Part shown: piece after piece, positions 20,370-31,722 of the stretch
Layout of the letters: every line of letters starts with the position of its first letter
Position numbering within the stretch: the first letter of the stretch is position 1
Assembly: GCA_944392845.1 (NCBI GenBank)
Contig: CALXYE010000072.1
Span: 25,558 to 89,557, forward strand
From: an uncultured Alphaproteobacteria bacterium
GTDB taxonomy: Bacteria > Pseudomonadota > Alphaproteobacteria > CAAGCB01 > CAG-977
DNA length: 64,000 nt
Direction: 5' to 3'
Translations under genes and position numbers: made by a program
The notes under the pieces: model-generated
What the model saw: only the letters and a program-made list of their open reading frames with translations
Told to the model about the DNA's origin: nothing
Database searches by the model: none

Positions 20370-21302
20370 ATGAAAATTTTTTCGGGTAACAGTAATCTTC
20401 CCTTTGCGCAGGCTGTTGCCGCCTATATGGACACGACGCTGTCAAAGATATCGGTCCGCCGCTTCGCCGATAACGAAGTTTTCGTTGAGATTCAGGAAAC
20501 GGTTCGCGGCCAGGACGTCTTTATCGTCCAGCCGACCAGCTCTCCCGTGAACGATAATTTGATGGAGCTGTTAATCATGCTGGATACGTTCCGCCGCAGT
20601 TCCGCCCGCCGCATTACGGCGGTCATCCCTTATTTCGGTTATGCCCGTCAAGACCGCCGTTCCGCGCCGCGTACGCCGATTTCGGCGAAGCTGGTCGCCA
20701 ATCTGATCGCATCCGCGGGCGCCAGCCGCGTCGTAACGATGGATCTGCACGCCGGTCAGATTCAGGGCTTTTTCGATATTCCGGTCGATAATCTGATGGC
20801 GGCTCCCGCGATGGTCAAGGACATCATGTACAATTACCGCGACAGGACGCCGATGATCGTTTCTCCGGACGTCGGCGGCGTCGTGCGCGCCCGCGCGATT
20901 GCAAAACGTCTGCATGCCGATCTGGCGATTATTGACAAGCGCCGCGAACGGGCGGGCGTTTCCGAAGTGATGAACATTATCGGCGACGTTTCGGGTCAGG
21001 ACTGCATTTTGGTCGATGATATCGTCGACTCGGCGGGAACGCTGTGTAACGCGGCGGAAGCGCTGATGAATGCGGGGGCGAAATCGGTTCAGGCATACGT
21101 TACGCACGGCGTGTTGTCGGGCGAAGCCGTCAAACGCGTCGCGAAATCCCCGCTGGAATCGCTGGTCATTACGGACAGCATCGCGGCAACTCCCGAAGTT
21201 CAGGCGACGAAAAACATCCGTATTCTTTCGGTGGCGGATTTGGTCGGCGAATCCATTTTGCGCATCAGCGAGGAACGTTCCGTAACAAGCTTGTTCTATT
21301 AA
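20370..21302 (+). CDS. prs: Ribose-phosphate pyrophosphokinase. The ATG at 20370 is used; the longer upstream ORF is rejected.
   Basis: [20 protein letters not shown]... with the PRPP-binding loop DDIVDSAGT. Confidence 0.95.
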   Translation: MKIFSGNSNLPFAQAVAAYMDTTLSKISVRRFADNEVFVEIQETVRGQDVFIVQPTSSPVNDNLMELLIMLDTFRRSSARRITAVIPYFGYARQDRRSAPRTPISAKLVANLIASAGASRVVTMDLHAGQIQGFFDIPVDNLMAAPAMVKDIMYNYRDRTPMIVSPDVGGVVRARAIAKRLHADLAIIDKRRERAGVSEVMNIIGDVSGQDCILVDDIVDSAGTLCNAAEALMNAGAKSVQAYVTHGVLSGEAVKRVAKSPLESLVITDSIAATPEVQATKNIRILSVADLVGESILRISEERSVTSLFY

Positions 21303-21428
21303 AGAATAGGCTTGCTCTTTCGGGCGAATCGGTGTAAAGGTTCATAGTTTTCCGCCGAGCGGGAAACGGGCTCAGGCACCCCTGGAGGCTGAGCCGCTGT
21401 TTGATTTATTACTCAAGGATTTGAAAAA

Positions 21429-22073
21429 ATGGCTAAAATCACTTCTTTGCGCGTCAACGAGCGTAATGTGGCAGGTAAGGGGGCCGCACGCGCCGAACGC
21501 CGCGCCGGTTTGATTCCCGGCGTTATTTACGGGGAAAAGAAAGCTCCCGTGATGTTTTCGATCTCCGCTTTGGATCTGGATGCTCAGATGCGTCAGAAAG
21601 GTTTCTGGACGCGCCAGTTTGAGATCGAAGTCGGAAAGAACAAATGCCATGCCATTTGTCAGGACATTCAGACGGATCCCGTTACGGACCGTCCCGTTCA
21701 CGTTGACTTCCTGCGTATTTCCGCGAATACGGAAATCGTCATTGAAGTTCCCGTCATGTACGAAAACGAACTGGCTTGCCCGGGCATCAAGCTGGGCGGT
21801 TCTTTGAACGCGATCTATCGTACGATTGAAGTGTCCTGCAAACCGAAAGACATTCCCGAAACGCTGTTCGTTGATTTGACGGGATTGGAAATCAACGACG
21901 TCGTCAAGATGTCCGACGTTAAGTTCCCTGCGGGCGTCAAACCCGTCGAAGAAGAAGACGTTACGATTGCTTCAATCGCCGCTCCTTCTACGGAAACGGT
22001 GGAAGAACCCGCCCCTGCGGCCGAAGCGGCTGCGGATGCCGCGGCTCCTGCGGCCGGAACGACGGCTTCTTAA
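21429..22073 (+). CDS. rplY: 50S ribosomal protein L25 / general stress protein Ctc
   Basis: L25 N-terminal domain (LRVNERNVAGKGAARAERRAGLIPGVIYG) plus a Ctc-type C-terminal extension. Confidence 0.9.
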   Translation: MAKITSLRVNERNVAGKGAARAERRAGLIPGVIYGEKKAPVMFSISALDLDAQMRQKGFWTRQFEIEVGKNKCHAICQDIQTDPVTDRPVHVDFLRISANTEIVIEVPVMYENELACPGIKLGGSLNAIYRTIEVSCKPKDIPETLFVDLTGLEINDVVKMSDVKFPAGVKPVEEEDVTIASIAAPSTETVEEPAPAAEAAADAAAPAAGTTAS

Positions 22074-22089
22074 TCGGGAGAAGTTTGCC

Positions 22090-22671
22090 GTGTTTCTTTT
22101 TGCGGGTCTTGGGAATCCGGGATCGGAGTATAAGGGAAACCGGCATAATACGGGTTTTATGGCGGCGGACGAACTTGTCCGCCGCTATAATTTTTCCGCA
22201 TGGCACGCGCGTTTTAACGCCGAAGCGGCCGAAGGAAGCATAGACGGGGAAAAAGTGTTGCTGATAAAGCCGCAAACGTTTATGAACAATTCGGGCGAAG
22301 CCGTGCGGGCGGCAATGGCTTTTTACAAAATTCCCGTCGAAAATCTTGTCGTTTTTCACGATGAAATGGATATCCCGTTGGGAAAAATAAAAGCTAAAGT
22401 CGGCGGCGGCGCGGGCGGTCATAACGGTCTGCGCAGCATAGACGCGCACTGTACGCCGAATTACGCGCGGGTCAGGATCGGAATCGGGCATCCGGGCGAT
22501 AAGAATTTGGTCGTGCCTTACGTTCTGTCGAATTTTTCCAAAGAAGAACGGCGGATTCTTGATGAAGAGCTGGAAGACGCGGCGGAAGCCGTTCCTTTTT
22601 TGCTTTCGGGCGGAACGGCGGAATTTACGTCGCGTTTGGCCGTTATACAATCCAAAAAACGAAAAGGGTGA
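22090..22671 (+). CDS. pth: Peptidyl-tRNA hydrolase. A GTG start with RBS GGAGA is used; the longer ATG ORF is rejected because it overlaps rplY.
   Basis: Pth signature (GLGNPGSEYKGNRHNTGFM...HNGLRSI). Confidence 0.9.
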   Translation: MFLFAGLGNPGSEYKGNRHNTGFMAADELVRRYNFSAWHARFNAEAAEGSIDGEKVLLIKPQTFMNNSGEAVRAAMAFYKIPVENLVVFHDEMDIPLGKIKAKVGGGAGGHNGLRSIDAHCTPNYARVRIGIGHPGDKNLVVPYVLSNFSKEERRILDEELEDAAEAVPFLLSGGTAEFTSRLAVIQSKKRKG

Positions 22672-22674
22672 GAA

Positions 22675-23778
22675 ATGGGTTTTAACTGCGGTATCGTCGG
22701 CTTGCCGAACGTCGGAAAATCGACGCTGTTCAATGCGCTGACTTCAACAATGGCGGCTCAGGCGGCAAATTATCCCTTCTGTACGATTGAACCGAACGTC
22801 GGACGCGTTGCCGTTCCCGATTCGCGTTTGGAAATTTTATCGGATCTGGCCAAGTCGCAAAAAACAATCCATACGCAGTTGGAATTCGTCGACATTGCGG
22901 GATTGGTACGCGGCGCGTCCAAGGGCGAAGGCTTGGGCAATCAGTTTTTGGCAAATATTCGCGAAGTCGATGCAATCGTTCATGTTCTGCGTTGTTTTGA
23001 AAACAACGACATCACCCATGTCGAGGGGTCAATTGATCCCGTTCGCGACGCGGAAACGATTGAAACCGAACTGATGCTGGCGGATTTGGACAGCTTGGAA
23101 CGCCGTATCGTTCCGATTGAGAAAAAAGCGAAATCGGGCGAAAAGGATGCCAAAGTCCAAATGTCCGTTATGGAACCCGTTTTAAACGCTCTGCGCGAAG
23201 GAAAACCCGCGCGGACGGTATCTTTTGACGATGAAGAACGCCAAAAGATTTATAAGCAGTTATTTTTGCTGACGGCAAAGCCGATCTTGTATGTCTGCAA
23301 CGTTGACGAAGGCGCTGCCGCGACGGGGAACGCTTTTTCGGAAAAAGTTTTTGAACGCGCGAAGAAAGAAGGCAATCAGGCGGTTATCATTTCCGCCGAA
23401 ATCGAATCCGAGGTCGCGCGCCTGACCGATCCGGCGGAACAAAAAGAATTTTTGGAAGCGTTGGGGCTGGAAGAAACGGGATTGAACCGAGTTATTCATG
23501 CGGGATACCGTTTATTGGACCTGATGACGTTTTTTACGGTCGGTCCGAAGGAATCCCGCGCGTGGACGATCAGAAAGGGCATGTGTGCGCCGCAGGCGGC
23601 GGGCGTTATTCATTCCGACTTTGAAAAAGGTTTTATCCGCGCCGAAGTCATTTCCTATGAAGATTTTGTCGAGTGCAAAAGCGAAGCGCGGGCGCGCGAA
23701 CTGGGCAAGCTGCGTTCCGAAGGCAAAACTTACGAAATGCGGGACGGCGACATCTGCCATTTCCTGTTTAACGTTTAG
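22675..23778 (+). CDS. ychF: Ribosome-binding ATPase YchF
   Basis: G1 motif GIVGLPNVGKSTLFNALT and a TGS C-terminal domain. Confidence 0.95.
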   Translation: MGFNCGIVGLPNVGKSTLFNALTSTMAAQAANYPFCTIEPNVGRVAVPDSRLEILSDLAKSQKTIHTQLEFVDIAGLVRGASKGEGLGNQFLANIREVDAIVHVLRCFENNDITHVEGSIDPVRDAETIETELMLADLDSLERRIVPIEKKAKSGEKDAKVQMSVMEPVLNALREGKPARTVSFDDEERQKIYKQLFLLTAKPILYVCNVDEGAAATGNAFSEKVFERAKKEGNQAVIISAEIESEVARLTDPAEQKEFLEALGLEETGLNRVIHAGYRLLDLMTFFTVGPKESRAWTIRKGMCAPQAAGVIHSDFEKGFIRAEVISYEDFVECKSEARARELGKLRSEGKTYEMRDGDICHFLFNV

Positions 23779-23786
23779 GGCGTAAG

Positions 23787-24245
23787 ATGCGTTTAGCCCT
23801 TTATGAACCCGATATTCCGCAAAATACGGGAACGCTGATGCGTTTGGCGGCGTGTTTTGACGTTCCCGTCGATATCATCGAGCCGTGCGGCTTTATTTTC
23901 GACGATAAGCGGATGCGCCGCGCGGGGATGGATTATTTGGACATTGTAAACGTTACGCGCCACGATTCGTGGGACGGATTTTTTGAAGCGCATCGGGGGC
24001 GAATCGTTTTATTGACGACGAAAGGGCATCAGTCTTACGCGGATTTTGAATTTCGCGAAGACGACATTTTGCTTTTGGGACGCGAAAGCGCGGGCGTTCC
24101 CGATTCCGTCCATGAAGCGGCGGATGCGCGTCTGCGGATACCGATGCGCCCCGACGCTCGTTCAATCAACGTCGCTTTGTCGGGGGCGATCGTTTTGGGC
24201 GAGGCTTTGCGCCAAACGGGGCATTTTTCAAAACTGAGCGTTTAA
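23787..24245 (+). CDS. trmL: tRNA (cytidine/uridine-2'-O)-methyltransferase TrmL (SpoU family)
   Basis: SPOUT knot motifs (LLLGRESAGVP...INVALSGAIVL). Length is about 152 aa. Confidence 0.8.
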   Translation: MRLALYEPDIPQNTGTLMRLAACFDVPVDIIEPCGFIFDDKRMRRAGMDYLDIVNVTRHDSWDGFFEAHRGRIVLLTTKGHQSYADFEFREDDILLLGRESAGVPDSVHEAADARLRIPMRPDARSINVALSGAIVLGEALRQTGHFSKLSV

Positions 24246-24916
24246 GCCTTCGGCGTTTCGCGTTCCCCGAATATTGCGGAACCGACGCGGACAAAGGTCG
24301 CGCCCTGCTGAACGGCAAGAGGATAATCGCCGCTCATGCCCATGCTTAATTCCCTGACGCCCGCTTCCCGCGCCAGCTTTTTTAAAAAAGCGAAATGCGG
24401 CGCGGGTTCGTCGTCAACGGGAGGAATGCACATCAACCCGACGACGTTTAAGCCGTATTTTTCCCGACATTCCCTGACGAAACCGACGGCATTCTTTGGA
24501 GCAATTCCCGATTTTTGCGGCTCTTCTCCCGTATTGACTTGGACGAAGCAGGGCAGAGGGCGGTTTTGCTTTTTCATTTCCGCCGCCAGCTTTTCGGCCA
24601 GCTCGGGACGGTCGACGCTTTCGATAACGTCAAACAGCGCCACCGCTTCTTTGGCTTTGTTCGTTTGCAATCCGCCGATCAAATGTAAGCGTGCGTCTGG
24701 AAATTCGGCTTTCAGCGCGGGCCATTTTTTTTCGGCTTCCTGAACGCGGTTTTCGCCGAACGTACGGTGTCCCGCTTTTAACAAAGGCAGGATCTTTTCC
24801 GCGCCGTGCGTTTTTGTAACGGCAACGAGCGTAACGCTTTCAGGCTTTCGTTCCGCGTCTTTTGCGGCTAAGGCGACGTTTTCCAAAACTTCGCGGTAAT
24901 TTTCAAGAATGCCCAT
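24242..24916 (-). CDS. yggS: YggS-family pyridoxal phosphate homeostasis protein
   Basis: The PLP-binding lysine lies in the VTKTH context, and the barrel is about 224 aa. Confidence 0.85.
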   Translation of the reverse strand: MGILENYREVLENVALAAKDAERKPESVTLVAVTKTHGAEKILPLLKAGHRTFGENRVQEAEKKWPALKAEFPDARLHLIGGLQTNKAKEAVALFDVIESVDRPELAEKLAAEMKKQNRPLPCFVQVNTGEEPQKSGIAPKNAVGFVRECREKYGLNVVGLMCIPPVDDEPAPHFAFLKKLAREAGVRELSMGMSGDYPLAVQQGATFVRVGSAIFGERETPKA

Positions 24917-24938
24917 TCGTCAGTCTCCGTAAAAAAAA

Positions 24939-24972
24939 AGAGCGGTTTTATCGCCGCTCTTTTTTATAAGGC
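24939..24972. terminator. Bidirectional hairpin terminator downstream of the porin gene
   Basis: Hairpin agagcgg ttttatc gccgctct flanked by an A-run and a T-run. Confidence 0.65.
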
Positions 24973-24985
24973 TTTTTTCCCGGGA

Positions 24986-26188
24986 TTAGAAGGATAAACT
25001 CATACCCGTCGAAACGGCTAAGCCTTCGTTGCTTTTGCCGCGGGTTTTGTCGGCGGATTCGTATTCGACGTAACCGATGTTGATGAACGTATCAACGCCC
25101 GCGCCGAGCTGATAATTTCCCGCGAACTGGTACAGGCTGTATACGTCGTCGCCGTTGAACGCGATATTGTTTTTGGCGGCGCGTAAATAGTTGATGCCGG
25201 TTTCGACGGGGCCGAAGGAATAGCTGATGCCGGCATCCCAAGCATATCCCGTCAGGTCGTCGTTCAGTACGTCAACGGAGCTTTTCGAAGCGTCCGTATA
25301 ACGATAAGAACCGCCGACCGTCCAGTTTCCCGCCCCGATGTTCAGGCCGCCCGCGTATTCCCGAATGCTTTTTGCTTTTTCTCGGACGAATGTTTCCGTT
25401 CCGCCGACGTTTTCAACGAACGAGGCGTAAGGCTTATAAGATGCGAAGGAAACGCTGGAAGCGATGTTAAAGGCGCCGAAATTTTTCTCGTACAGGCCGA
25501 GCGCAACGAAACCGTCCTTGAATTTTCTGTTTAAGGGAACCTTTTCGGTGGCGAATAGCAGGTTATTGTTGTCCTGTCCCTTGGTACTGTTGCCCGGCAT
25601 AAAGCTGAACCCCGCCGTAAAACCCGCGACCGTCGGCGTGATGTAGGAAATCTTTGTGGAAATGTCGTCAAATAAGGGGAAGGTCGCGTCGTAAAATTTA
25701 AAACCCGCAGGAGCGATGATCAGGTGATCGTAATCGGAATCCTGCAATCCGATCGTACTGAAATCGGGCGCGGTAACGGACATTTGCTCCGCGACGTTTT
25801 TGACGTTGCCGACGATGATGCGGCCGATTTTTGAATCGACGGTCATGTAAGACTCGTCAATCGTTTTTGACGAGGTTGACGGCTCCGTTCCCGCTTCCAG
25901 CTGCACCATGGCGCCGATAACGATGCCGTTATTTAATTCGGCCTTACCCGAAAAATAGATTTCGGCGTTTCCGATAACGTCGAAAACGTTGTATTTTCCT
26001 ACGGGAACGGGGATGCCCGCTTCGGAAGCGACCAGCGTGTCTCTTTTTTGATCGGCGTAAGCGCCGTACCAGGTCATGTATCCTCCCACTTCAAGCCGTA
26101 CGGGCGGAGCGGACAAAGAAACTTCGGCCGCGGCGGTGTTTGCCGTCAAAAGACACAAGGTTACGGCGGATAACGGGATTTTTTTCAT
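24986..26188 (-). CDS. Outer membrane porin (beta-barrel). The ATG at 26188 has an AAGGAG RBS.
   Basis: Signal peptide MKKIPLSAVTLCLLTANTAAA. The sequence is rich in alternating aromatic and Gly residues, and the C-terminal residue is Phe. Confidence 0.65.
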   Translation of the reverse strand: MKKIPLSAVTLCLLTANTAAAEVSLSAPPVRLEVGGYMTWYGAYADQKRDTLVASEAGIPVPVGKYNVFDVIGNAEIYFSGKAELNNGIVIGAMVQLEAGTEPSTSSKTIDESYMTVDSKIGRIIVGNVKNVAEQMSVTAPDFSTIGLQDSDYDHLIIAPAGFKFYDATFPLFDDISTKISYITPTVAGFTAGFSFMPGNSTKGQDNNNLLFATEKVPLNRKFKDGFVALGLYEKNFGAFNIASSVSFASYKPYASFVENVGGTETFVREKAKSIREYAGGLNIGAGNWTVGGSYRYTDASKSSVDVLNDDLTGYAWDAGISYSFGPVETGINYLRAAKNNIAFNGDDVYSLYQFAGNYQLGAGVDTFINIGYVEYESADKTRGKSNEGLAVSTGMSLSF

Positions 26189-26371
26189 GGGAGTCTCCTT
26201 GAGGAAGGGGATTTCTTTTAACTTTAACCGCAAGCCCTTTTATTGTAAACAAAAACTTATCAAAGGGTTAGGCGGTAAAAAAGTTAAAAAACGCATCGTA
26301 TCCGCAAATGATTTATGCCGATTTTGAAAAATATGATAAAAACGAAGCGTCTGAAACGAAAGGACTGAAGG

Positions 26372-26911
26372 ATGCTTTTCCGTTTGATGCGCGTCGCCGC
26401 CGTTTTATCAATGTCCGTTTGGCTTTTGAACGGATGCTCGTCCGCACCCGTCGAATATAAGTATCCCGAAAAAGTCAGGGGCAGATACGAAATGCCCGGA
26501 GAACGGACGAAAAAAGCCGAAGAAAATAAGCTTTTCGGCCCCAAAGGGTTGAAGCTGTTTTCGGAAGATACGGCTCCCGAAACGCATATCGGCGTCAATT
26601 CGTATTTATGGCAGTCGGCGCTGAGCACGTTGTCTTTTATGCCTTTGGCTTCGGCGGATCCGTTCGGCGGCGTTATCGTTACGGATTGGTATTCTCCCGA
26701 CTCCTCTCCCGACGAACGGTTCAAGCTGAACGTCCTGATCTTAACGAAGACCCTGCGCGCCGACGGATTGAAGGTTTCCGTTTTTCGCCAGGTCAGGGAC
26801 GAAAAAAAAGGATGGATCGACACAAAATCCGATCCCGATGTTGCACTTAGGACGGAAAATGCTATTCTAGCCGGGGCGCGCAAAATGCGCTTGTCGGCAA
26901 CAGGACAATAA
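26372..26911 (+). CDS. Conserved alphaproteobacterial lipoprotein (DUF3576-like) upstream of leuS
   Basis: Lipoprotein signal (LLNGCSS) and a conserved position preceding leuS. Confidence 0.5.
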   Translation: MLFRLMRVAAVLSMSVWLLNGCSSAPVEYKYPEKVRGRYEMPGERTKKAEENKLFGPKGLKLFSEDTAPETHIGVNSYLWQSALSTLSFMPLASADPFGGVIVTDWYSPDSSPDERFKLNVLILTKTLRADGLKVSVFRQVRDEKKGWIDTKSDPDVALRTENAILAGARKMRLSATGQ

Positions 26912-26938
26912 CTTCTAATTATCGAAAGCTCTGTCATC

Positions 26939-29518
26939 ATGATCGAAGAACGTTTTAATTTCCGCACGACGGAAGAAAAATGGCAAAAGGAATGGGAAAA
27001 GGAAGGCGCATTTAAGGCTTCGGACAACAGCGATAAGCCGAAATATTACGCTTTGGAAATGTTCCCTTATCCGTCGGGAAAGATCCATATGGGCCATGTC
27101 CGCAACTATGCGATGGGTGACGTGATCGCCCGTTTTAAAAAGGCTCAGGGGTACAACGTTCTGCATCCGATGGGATGGGATGCCTTCGGGTTGCCCGCGG
27201 AAAACGCGGCGATTAAGCATAACGTTCATCCGTCAAAGTGGACGCGCGAAAATATCGCGAACATGCGCGAAGAAATGAAAAAAATGGGGCTTTCCATTGA
27301 TTGGAGCCGCGAAGTTTCGACCTGCGAACCCGAATATTATAAACACGAACAAAAAATGTTTTTGGATTTTCTGAAAAAGGGGTTGGCATATCGCAAGGAT
27401 TCGTGGGTGAACTGGGATCCCGTCGAAATGACGGTTTTGGCAAACGAACAGGTTGTTGACGGCAAGGGATGGCGTTCGGGCGTTCCCGTTGAACGGCGCA
27501 AGCTGTCCCAGTGGTCGCTGAAAATTACGCAATACGCCGACGAGCTGCTGGAAGGGTTAAAAACCTTGACGGGCTGGCCCGAAAAGGTTCGTACGATGCA
27601 GGAAAACTGGATCGGAAAGTCCTACGGCGCCTATTTGTATTTCCCCGTCAAAGATTCCGACAAAACTTTGGAAGTCTTTACGACGCGTGCCGATACGCTT
27701 TTCGGTGCTTCGTTCTGCGCGATTTCGGCACAGCATCCGATCGCTTTGGAATTGGCGAAGACGAATCCCGAACTGGCAAAATTCATTAAGGAATGCGAAG
27801 CCTTGGGCACCAGCGTCGCGACGATTGAAGCCGCCGAAAAGAAAGGCTTTGATACGGGCTTGAAAGTTTTGCATCCGTTCCCCGAAGAATTTAAGGCTTT
27901 GGGCGGAAATCCCGAGTTGCCGCTTTATGTCGCGAACTTTGTTTTGATGGAATACGGCACGGGCGCGATCTTTGCCTGTCCCGCGCACGATCAGCGCGAC
28001 TTGGATTTTGCCCGTAAATACGGATTGCCCGTGCGCGTCGTCGTCGCCCATAAGGATGAAGGCGTTCCCGTCGTTACGGACAAGGCGTTCGACGATATTG
28101 AGGACGGCGTCGCCGTCAATTCGGCGTTCTTGGACGGCATGAGGACGAAAGACGCCATAAAAGCCATGATAGAACGCTTGGAAAAGATCGGCCGCGGCAA
28201 AGCGACCGTCCAGTACCGTTTGCGCGATTGGGGCGTTTCCCGTCAGCGTTATTGGGGATGCCCGATTCCCGTTATTCATTGCGAACATTGCGGTATTGTT
28301 CCCGTTCCCGAAAAGGATTTGCCCGTCCTTTTGCCCGAAGACGTTAAATTTGACAAGCCCGGCAATCCTTTGGAACATCATCCGACTTGGAAGCATACGG
28401 TTTGCCCCGTTTGCGGCAAGCCCGCCCTGCGCGAAACGGATACGTTCGACACGTTTTTTGAATCCTCGTGGTATTTCGCGCGTTTCTGCGCGCCGCACGA
28501 AACGGACAAGCCCTTTACGCGCGAAGCCGTTGACCGCTGGCTGCCCGTTGATCAGTATGTCGGCGGCATTGAACACGCCGTTTTGCACCTGCTTTACGCG
28601 CGTTTCTTTACAAGAGCCTTGCGCGATTGCGGTTATCTGAGCGTTTCGGAGCCTTTCAAGGGACTGTTCACGCAGGGGATGGTCTGTCATGAAACGTATA
28701 AGGACAAAGACGGCAACTGGCTGTTTCCGACGGAGGTTGAAAAGCGCCCCGACGGTACGGCGGTAAAGATTTCGGACGGATCGCCCGTCGAAATCGGCCG
28801 TTCGGAAAAAATGAGCAAGTCAAAATACAATTTGGTTGATCCCGAAACGATTTTGAAAACGTACGGCGCCGATGCCGCCCGCGTCTTTATGTTGTCCGAC
28901 ACGCCGCCCGAACGCGACCTGGAATGGACGGAGGCGGGCATTGACGGCGCTTGGCGTTACGTCAACCGCTTATGGCGTTTGCAGCTGTCCTGCCCCGAAG
29001 AGGTTTCTCAGCCCGCCGAGCTGTCCGATGCGGCGGACAAGCTGATTCGCCAAACGCATAAAACCGTGGCCGCCGTGACCGACGATTTGGACAAGTTGCG
29101 TTTCAACGTCGCTTTGGCGCGTTTACGCGAGCTGACGAACGCGATTTCGGATATGAAGCCCGCGGACGACGGCGAAAAGTGGGCGTGGCGTTCCTCTTTT
29201 GAAACGCTGGTTCGCCTGTTGTCGCCGATTGCGCCGCATCTGGCGGAGGAAATGTGGCATAATCTGGGACATTCCGAGTTGTTGGCGACTTACGAATGGC
29301 CGAAGGCCGATGCCGCTTTCCTGACCGATAACAAGATCACTTTGGCCGTTCAGGTTCAAGGCAAGTTGCGCGGTACGATCGAGGTTCCCGCCGATTACGA
29401 CGAGGAAGAAGCCAAGAAGGCGGCTCTTGCTTTGGGGCCGGTTAAGGCTCAGATCGGCGACAAGCCCGTCCGTAAGATCATCGTGGTAAAGAACAAGATC
29501 ATCAATGTCGTTATTTAA
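26939..29518 (+). CDS. leuS: Leucyl-tRNA synthetase
   Basis: HMGH motif ([13 protein letters not shown]), KMSKS motif ([10 protein letters not shown]) and the CP1 editing domain. Confidence 0.97.
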   Translation: MIEERFNFRTTEEKWQKEWEKEGAFKASDNSDKPKYYALEMFPYPSGKIHMGHVRNYAMGDVIARFKKAQGYNVLHPMGWDAFGLPAENAAIKHNVHPSKWTRENIANMREEMKKMGLSIDWSREVSTCEPEYYKHEQKMFLDFLKKGLAYRKDSWVNWDPVEMTVLANEQVVDGKGWRSGVPVERRKLSQWSLKITQYADELLEGLKTLTGWPEKVRTMQENWIGKSYGAYLYFPVKDSDKTLEVFTTRADTLFGASFCAISAQHPIALELAKTNPELAKFIKECEALGTSVATIEAAEKKGFDTGLKVLHPFPEEFKALGGNPELPLYVANFVLMEYGTGAIFACPAHDQRDLDFARKYGLPVRVVVAHKDEGVPVVTDKAFDDIEDGVAVNSAFLDGMRTKDAIKAMIERLEKIGRGKATVQYRLRDWGVSRQRYWGCPIPVIHCEHCGIVPVPEKDLPVLLPEDVKFDKPGNPLEHHPTWKHTVCPVCGKPALRETDTFDTFFESSWYFARFCAPHETDKPFTREAVDRWLPVDQYVGGIEHAVLHLLYARFFTRALRDCGYLSVSEPFKGLFTQGMVCHETYKDKDGNWLFPTEVEKRPDGTAVKISDGSPVEIGRSEKMSKSKYNLVDPETILKTYGADAARVFMLSDTPPERDLEWTEAGIDGAWRYVNRLWRLQLSCPEEVSQPAELSDAADKLIRQTHKTVAAVTDDLDKLRFNVALARLRELTNAISDMKPADDGEKWAWRSSFETLVRLLSPIAPHLAEEMWHNLGHSELLATYEWPKADAAFLTDNKITLAVQVQGKLRGTIEVPADYDEEEAKKAALALGPVKAQIGDKPVRKIIVVKNKIINVVI

Positions 29519-30074
29519 AAAAACGTTTTTGGGATTCGCGCTTTTCGTTCTGGCGTCCTGCGGTTTCCGCCCGCTGTACGTCGGGGCGGAATCCGCCGAT
29601 TCGGTGTCGGGAGAACGGCTGATTTCCGATTTGTCGTCGGTTTATATTGACGAGATTTCGGAACACACGGGCCAGATCCTGCGCCGCCGTCTGCTCAGCC
29701 GCATTTCGCCGAAGGGAAATCCCGAAAAGCCGAAGTACGAATTGAGCGCTTACGTCGTTGAAGCGTCCGAATACCAGCAGGCGATCCGTTTGGACAATAT
29801 GGCGACGCGTACGACGATGATCTATACGGTAGAGTATGTTTTTAAGACTTTTCCCGAAGGAAAAGTCCTGTTGCGGGACAGGACGAGTTCCCGTGCCAGC
29901 TATAACATTTTGGAATCGCCCTATGCGACGGACGTTGCCGAAGAAGACGCCAAAAAGCGCATGATGGAAATCATCGGCGACAACATTTCCCTGCGTATCG
30001 CGGCTTACCTGAAAAACAAGGAACGCGAAACGCTTGAGGAAAAACAAAAAAGAGAAAAAGAGGCGGCGGAATGA
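29505..30074 (+). CDS. lptE: LPS-assembly lipoprotein LptE
   Basis: Lipoprotein signal (LASCGF). It lies in the conserved leuS-lptE-holA arrangement and overlaps the end of leuS. Confidence 0.6.
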   Translation: MSLFKKTFLGFALFVLASCGFRPLYVGAESADSVSGERLISDLSSVYIDEISEHTGQILRRRLLSRISPKGNPEKPKYELSAYVVEASEYQQAIRLDNMATRTTMIYTVEYVFKTFPEGKVLLRDRTSSRASYNILESPYATDVAEEDAKKRMMEIIGDNISLRIAAYLKNKERETLEEKQKREKEAAE

Positions 30075-31093
30075 CAAAGCTGACTCAGACGGGCTTTTCG
30101 GCGTTGCTGGCGAAGGAAGACCCGTCGGTCAAGGCCGTTCTTTTTTACGGACAGGACGAAGGGTTGATAGAGGAGTGCCGTCAAAAAATGACGGCGGCCG
30201 TCGTTCCCGACTCTAAAGATCCGTTCAGAATCGTCGATATGACTCAAGCACAGGTCAGGGACGACATCGCCTTATTATATGACGAAGCGAACGCCGTTTC
30301 TTTGGCGGGCGGGCGCCGCGTCATCCGATTCAGGGGCGTTGATAATAATTTCGCGTCCGTGATGAAAGAGTTTTTATCCGACTACAAAGGCGATTCTCTG
30401 GTCGTTATAACGGGCGGAAACCTGACGACGAAGGGAGCGTTGCCGCAACTGTTTGAAAAGGCCGCTAACGCGCGCGTCATGGCGTGTTATCCCGACGAAG
30501 GCGGAGCGCTCAAACAGTTTGTGCTTCAAACGTTGCAGGAAAACGGCTTTGACGCAACGCCCGAAGCGTTGAACTTTATTGCCGATAATCTGGGAGCGGA
30601 CAGAATGCTGTCGCGTTCCGAATTGTCAAAGTTGATGGCGTATATGGGGCGTGAAACGCATATTTCCGCAGAAGACGCCATGGCGTGCGTCGGCAACGCG
30701 TCGGCGTTGTCCGTTGATCAGATGGTTTACGCTTTGGGTAACGGGAATCAAAAGGAATTGCACGAAACGCTGGACAGGCTGTATGCGGAAGGCGAGTTGC
30801 CGATTACGCTGTTGCGCGCGGCGGCCAATCATTTCAAACGCTTGCATTTGGTTGTCGGCAAGACGGCGCAAGGTACGGCGCTTGATGCCGCGATGCGTTC
30901 GCTGTTTCCTCCCGTCCATTTTAAAAGGACGGACGATTTTAAGCGCCAAACAAGGCTGTGGGCGTTGCCGAAGATCGGCAGGGCGCTGAGCCTTTTGGCC
31001 GAAGCGGAACGCGAATGCAAGCGCCCGGGAAGGCCGCAGGAACTGATCTGTGCACGGGTGTTCTTACAGATAGCGGCACAGGCGAAGCGTTGA
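30071..31093 (+). CDS. holA: DNA polymerase III subunit delta
   Basis: HolA-like length and N-terminal clamp-loader fold. It lies in the conserved position after lptE. Confidence 0.75.
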   Translation: MTKLTQTGFSALLAKEDPSVKAVLFYGQDEGLIEECRQKMTAAVVPDSKDPFRIVDMTQAQVRDDIALLYDEANAVSLAGGRRVIRFRGVDNNFASVMKEFLSDYKGDSLVVITGGNLTTKGALPQLFEKAANARVMACYPDEGGALKQFVLQTLQENGFDATPEALNFIADNLGADRMLSRSELSKLMAYMGRETHISAEDAMACVGNASALSVDQMVYALGNGNQKELHETLDRLYAEGELPITLLRAAANHFKRLHLVVGKTAQGTALDAAMRSLFPPVHFKRTDDFKRQTRLWALPKIGRALSLLAEAERECKRPGRPQELICARVFLQIAAQAKR

Positions 31094-31107
31094 ACGGGGA
31101 GGAAAAA

Positions 31108-31722
31108 TTGGAGTTTTCATATAAACAGGAACTGCTCAGGAAATCGGTTCATTTAAGTTCGCTTTGGATGGTTGTTGCCCTTTTTCTGATTCCGCAAACG
31201 CCGCTTTTGATTTTGTTCGGGACGCTTTTGGTCTTAAATATCGCCGTCGAGTACGGGTATTATAAAAATCAGCCCTTTTGCAATACGGTGTACGGCAAGC
31301 TGTTCGGCAAAATGTTGCGGGAAAGGGAAACGGACGGAAAATTCCGTTTAAGCGGGTCTCCGTACGTTTTGGGCGCCGCGTTTGCCGTAACTCTCCTGTT
31401 TCCCAAAGAAGCCGCCGCGACGGCTATGGCCGTTATGTTGCTTGGCGATACGGCGGCGGCGCTGGTCGGCAGGAAATACGGAAGGCACAAAATAAACGGG
31501 GGGAAGAAAAGTATAGAGGGATCTTTGGCTTTCTTCGCCGTTTCCGCGCTGACTCTGTATATTTTTTCAAAACTTTGCGATTTCCCCGCATTGGTTTGCA
31601 TGGCCGGCGCGGGCGGGATATTTACCGCGATGCTGGCCGAAATTTACGAGGATAAAATTAAAATCGACGATAACCTTTCCGTTCCTTTGTGCGTCGGTTT
31701 TGCTTTGTCGGCGATGCTGTGA
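31108..31722 (+). CDS. CTP-dependent lipid kinase / phosphatidate cytidylyltransferase family membrane protein (CdsA/DolK-like). A TTG start with GGGGAGGA RBS is used; the longer ORF from 30958 overlaps holA.
   Basis: A polytopic membrane protein with the C-terminal motif LGDTAAALVGRKYGRHKI...GKKSIEGSLAFF, typical of the CTP_transf_1 family. Confidence 0.5.
   Translation: MEFSYKQELLRKSVHLSSLWMVVALFLIPQTPLLILFGTLLVLNIAVEYGYYKNQPFCNTVYGKLFGKMLRERETDGKFRLSGSPYVLGAAFAVTLLFPKEAAATAMAVMLLGDTAAALVGRKYGRHKINGGKKSIEGSLAFFAVSALTLYIFSKLCDFPALVCMAGAGGIFTAMLAEIYEDKIKIDDNLSVPLCVGFALSAML

Noticed and set aside
21967-22089. ATG-initiated extension of pth
   Set aside because: It overlaps the rplY C-terminus. 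A GTG with a GGAGA RBS directly precedes the conserved Pth N-terminus.
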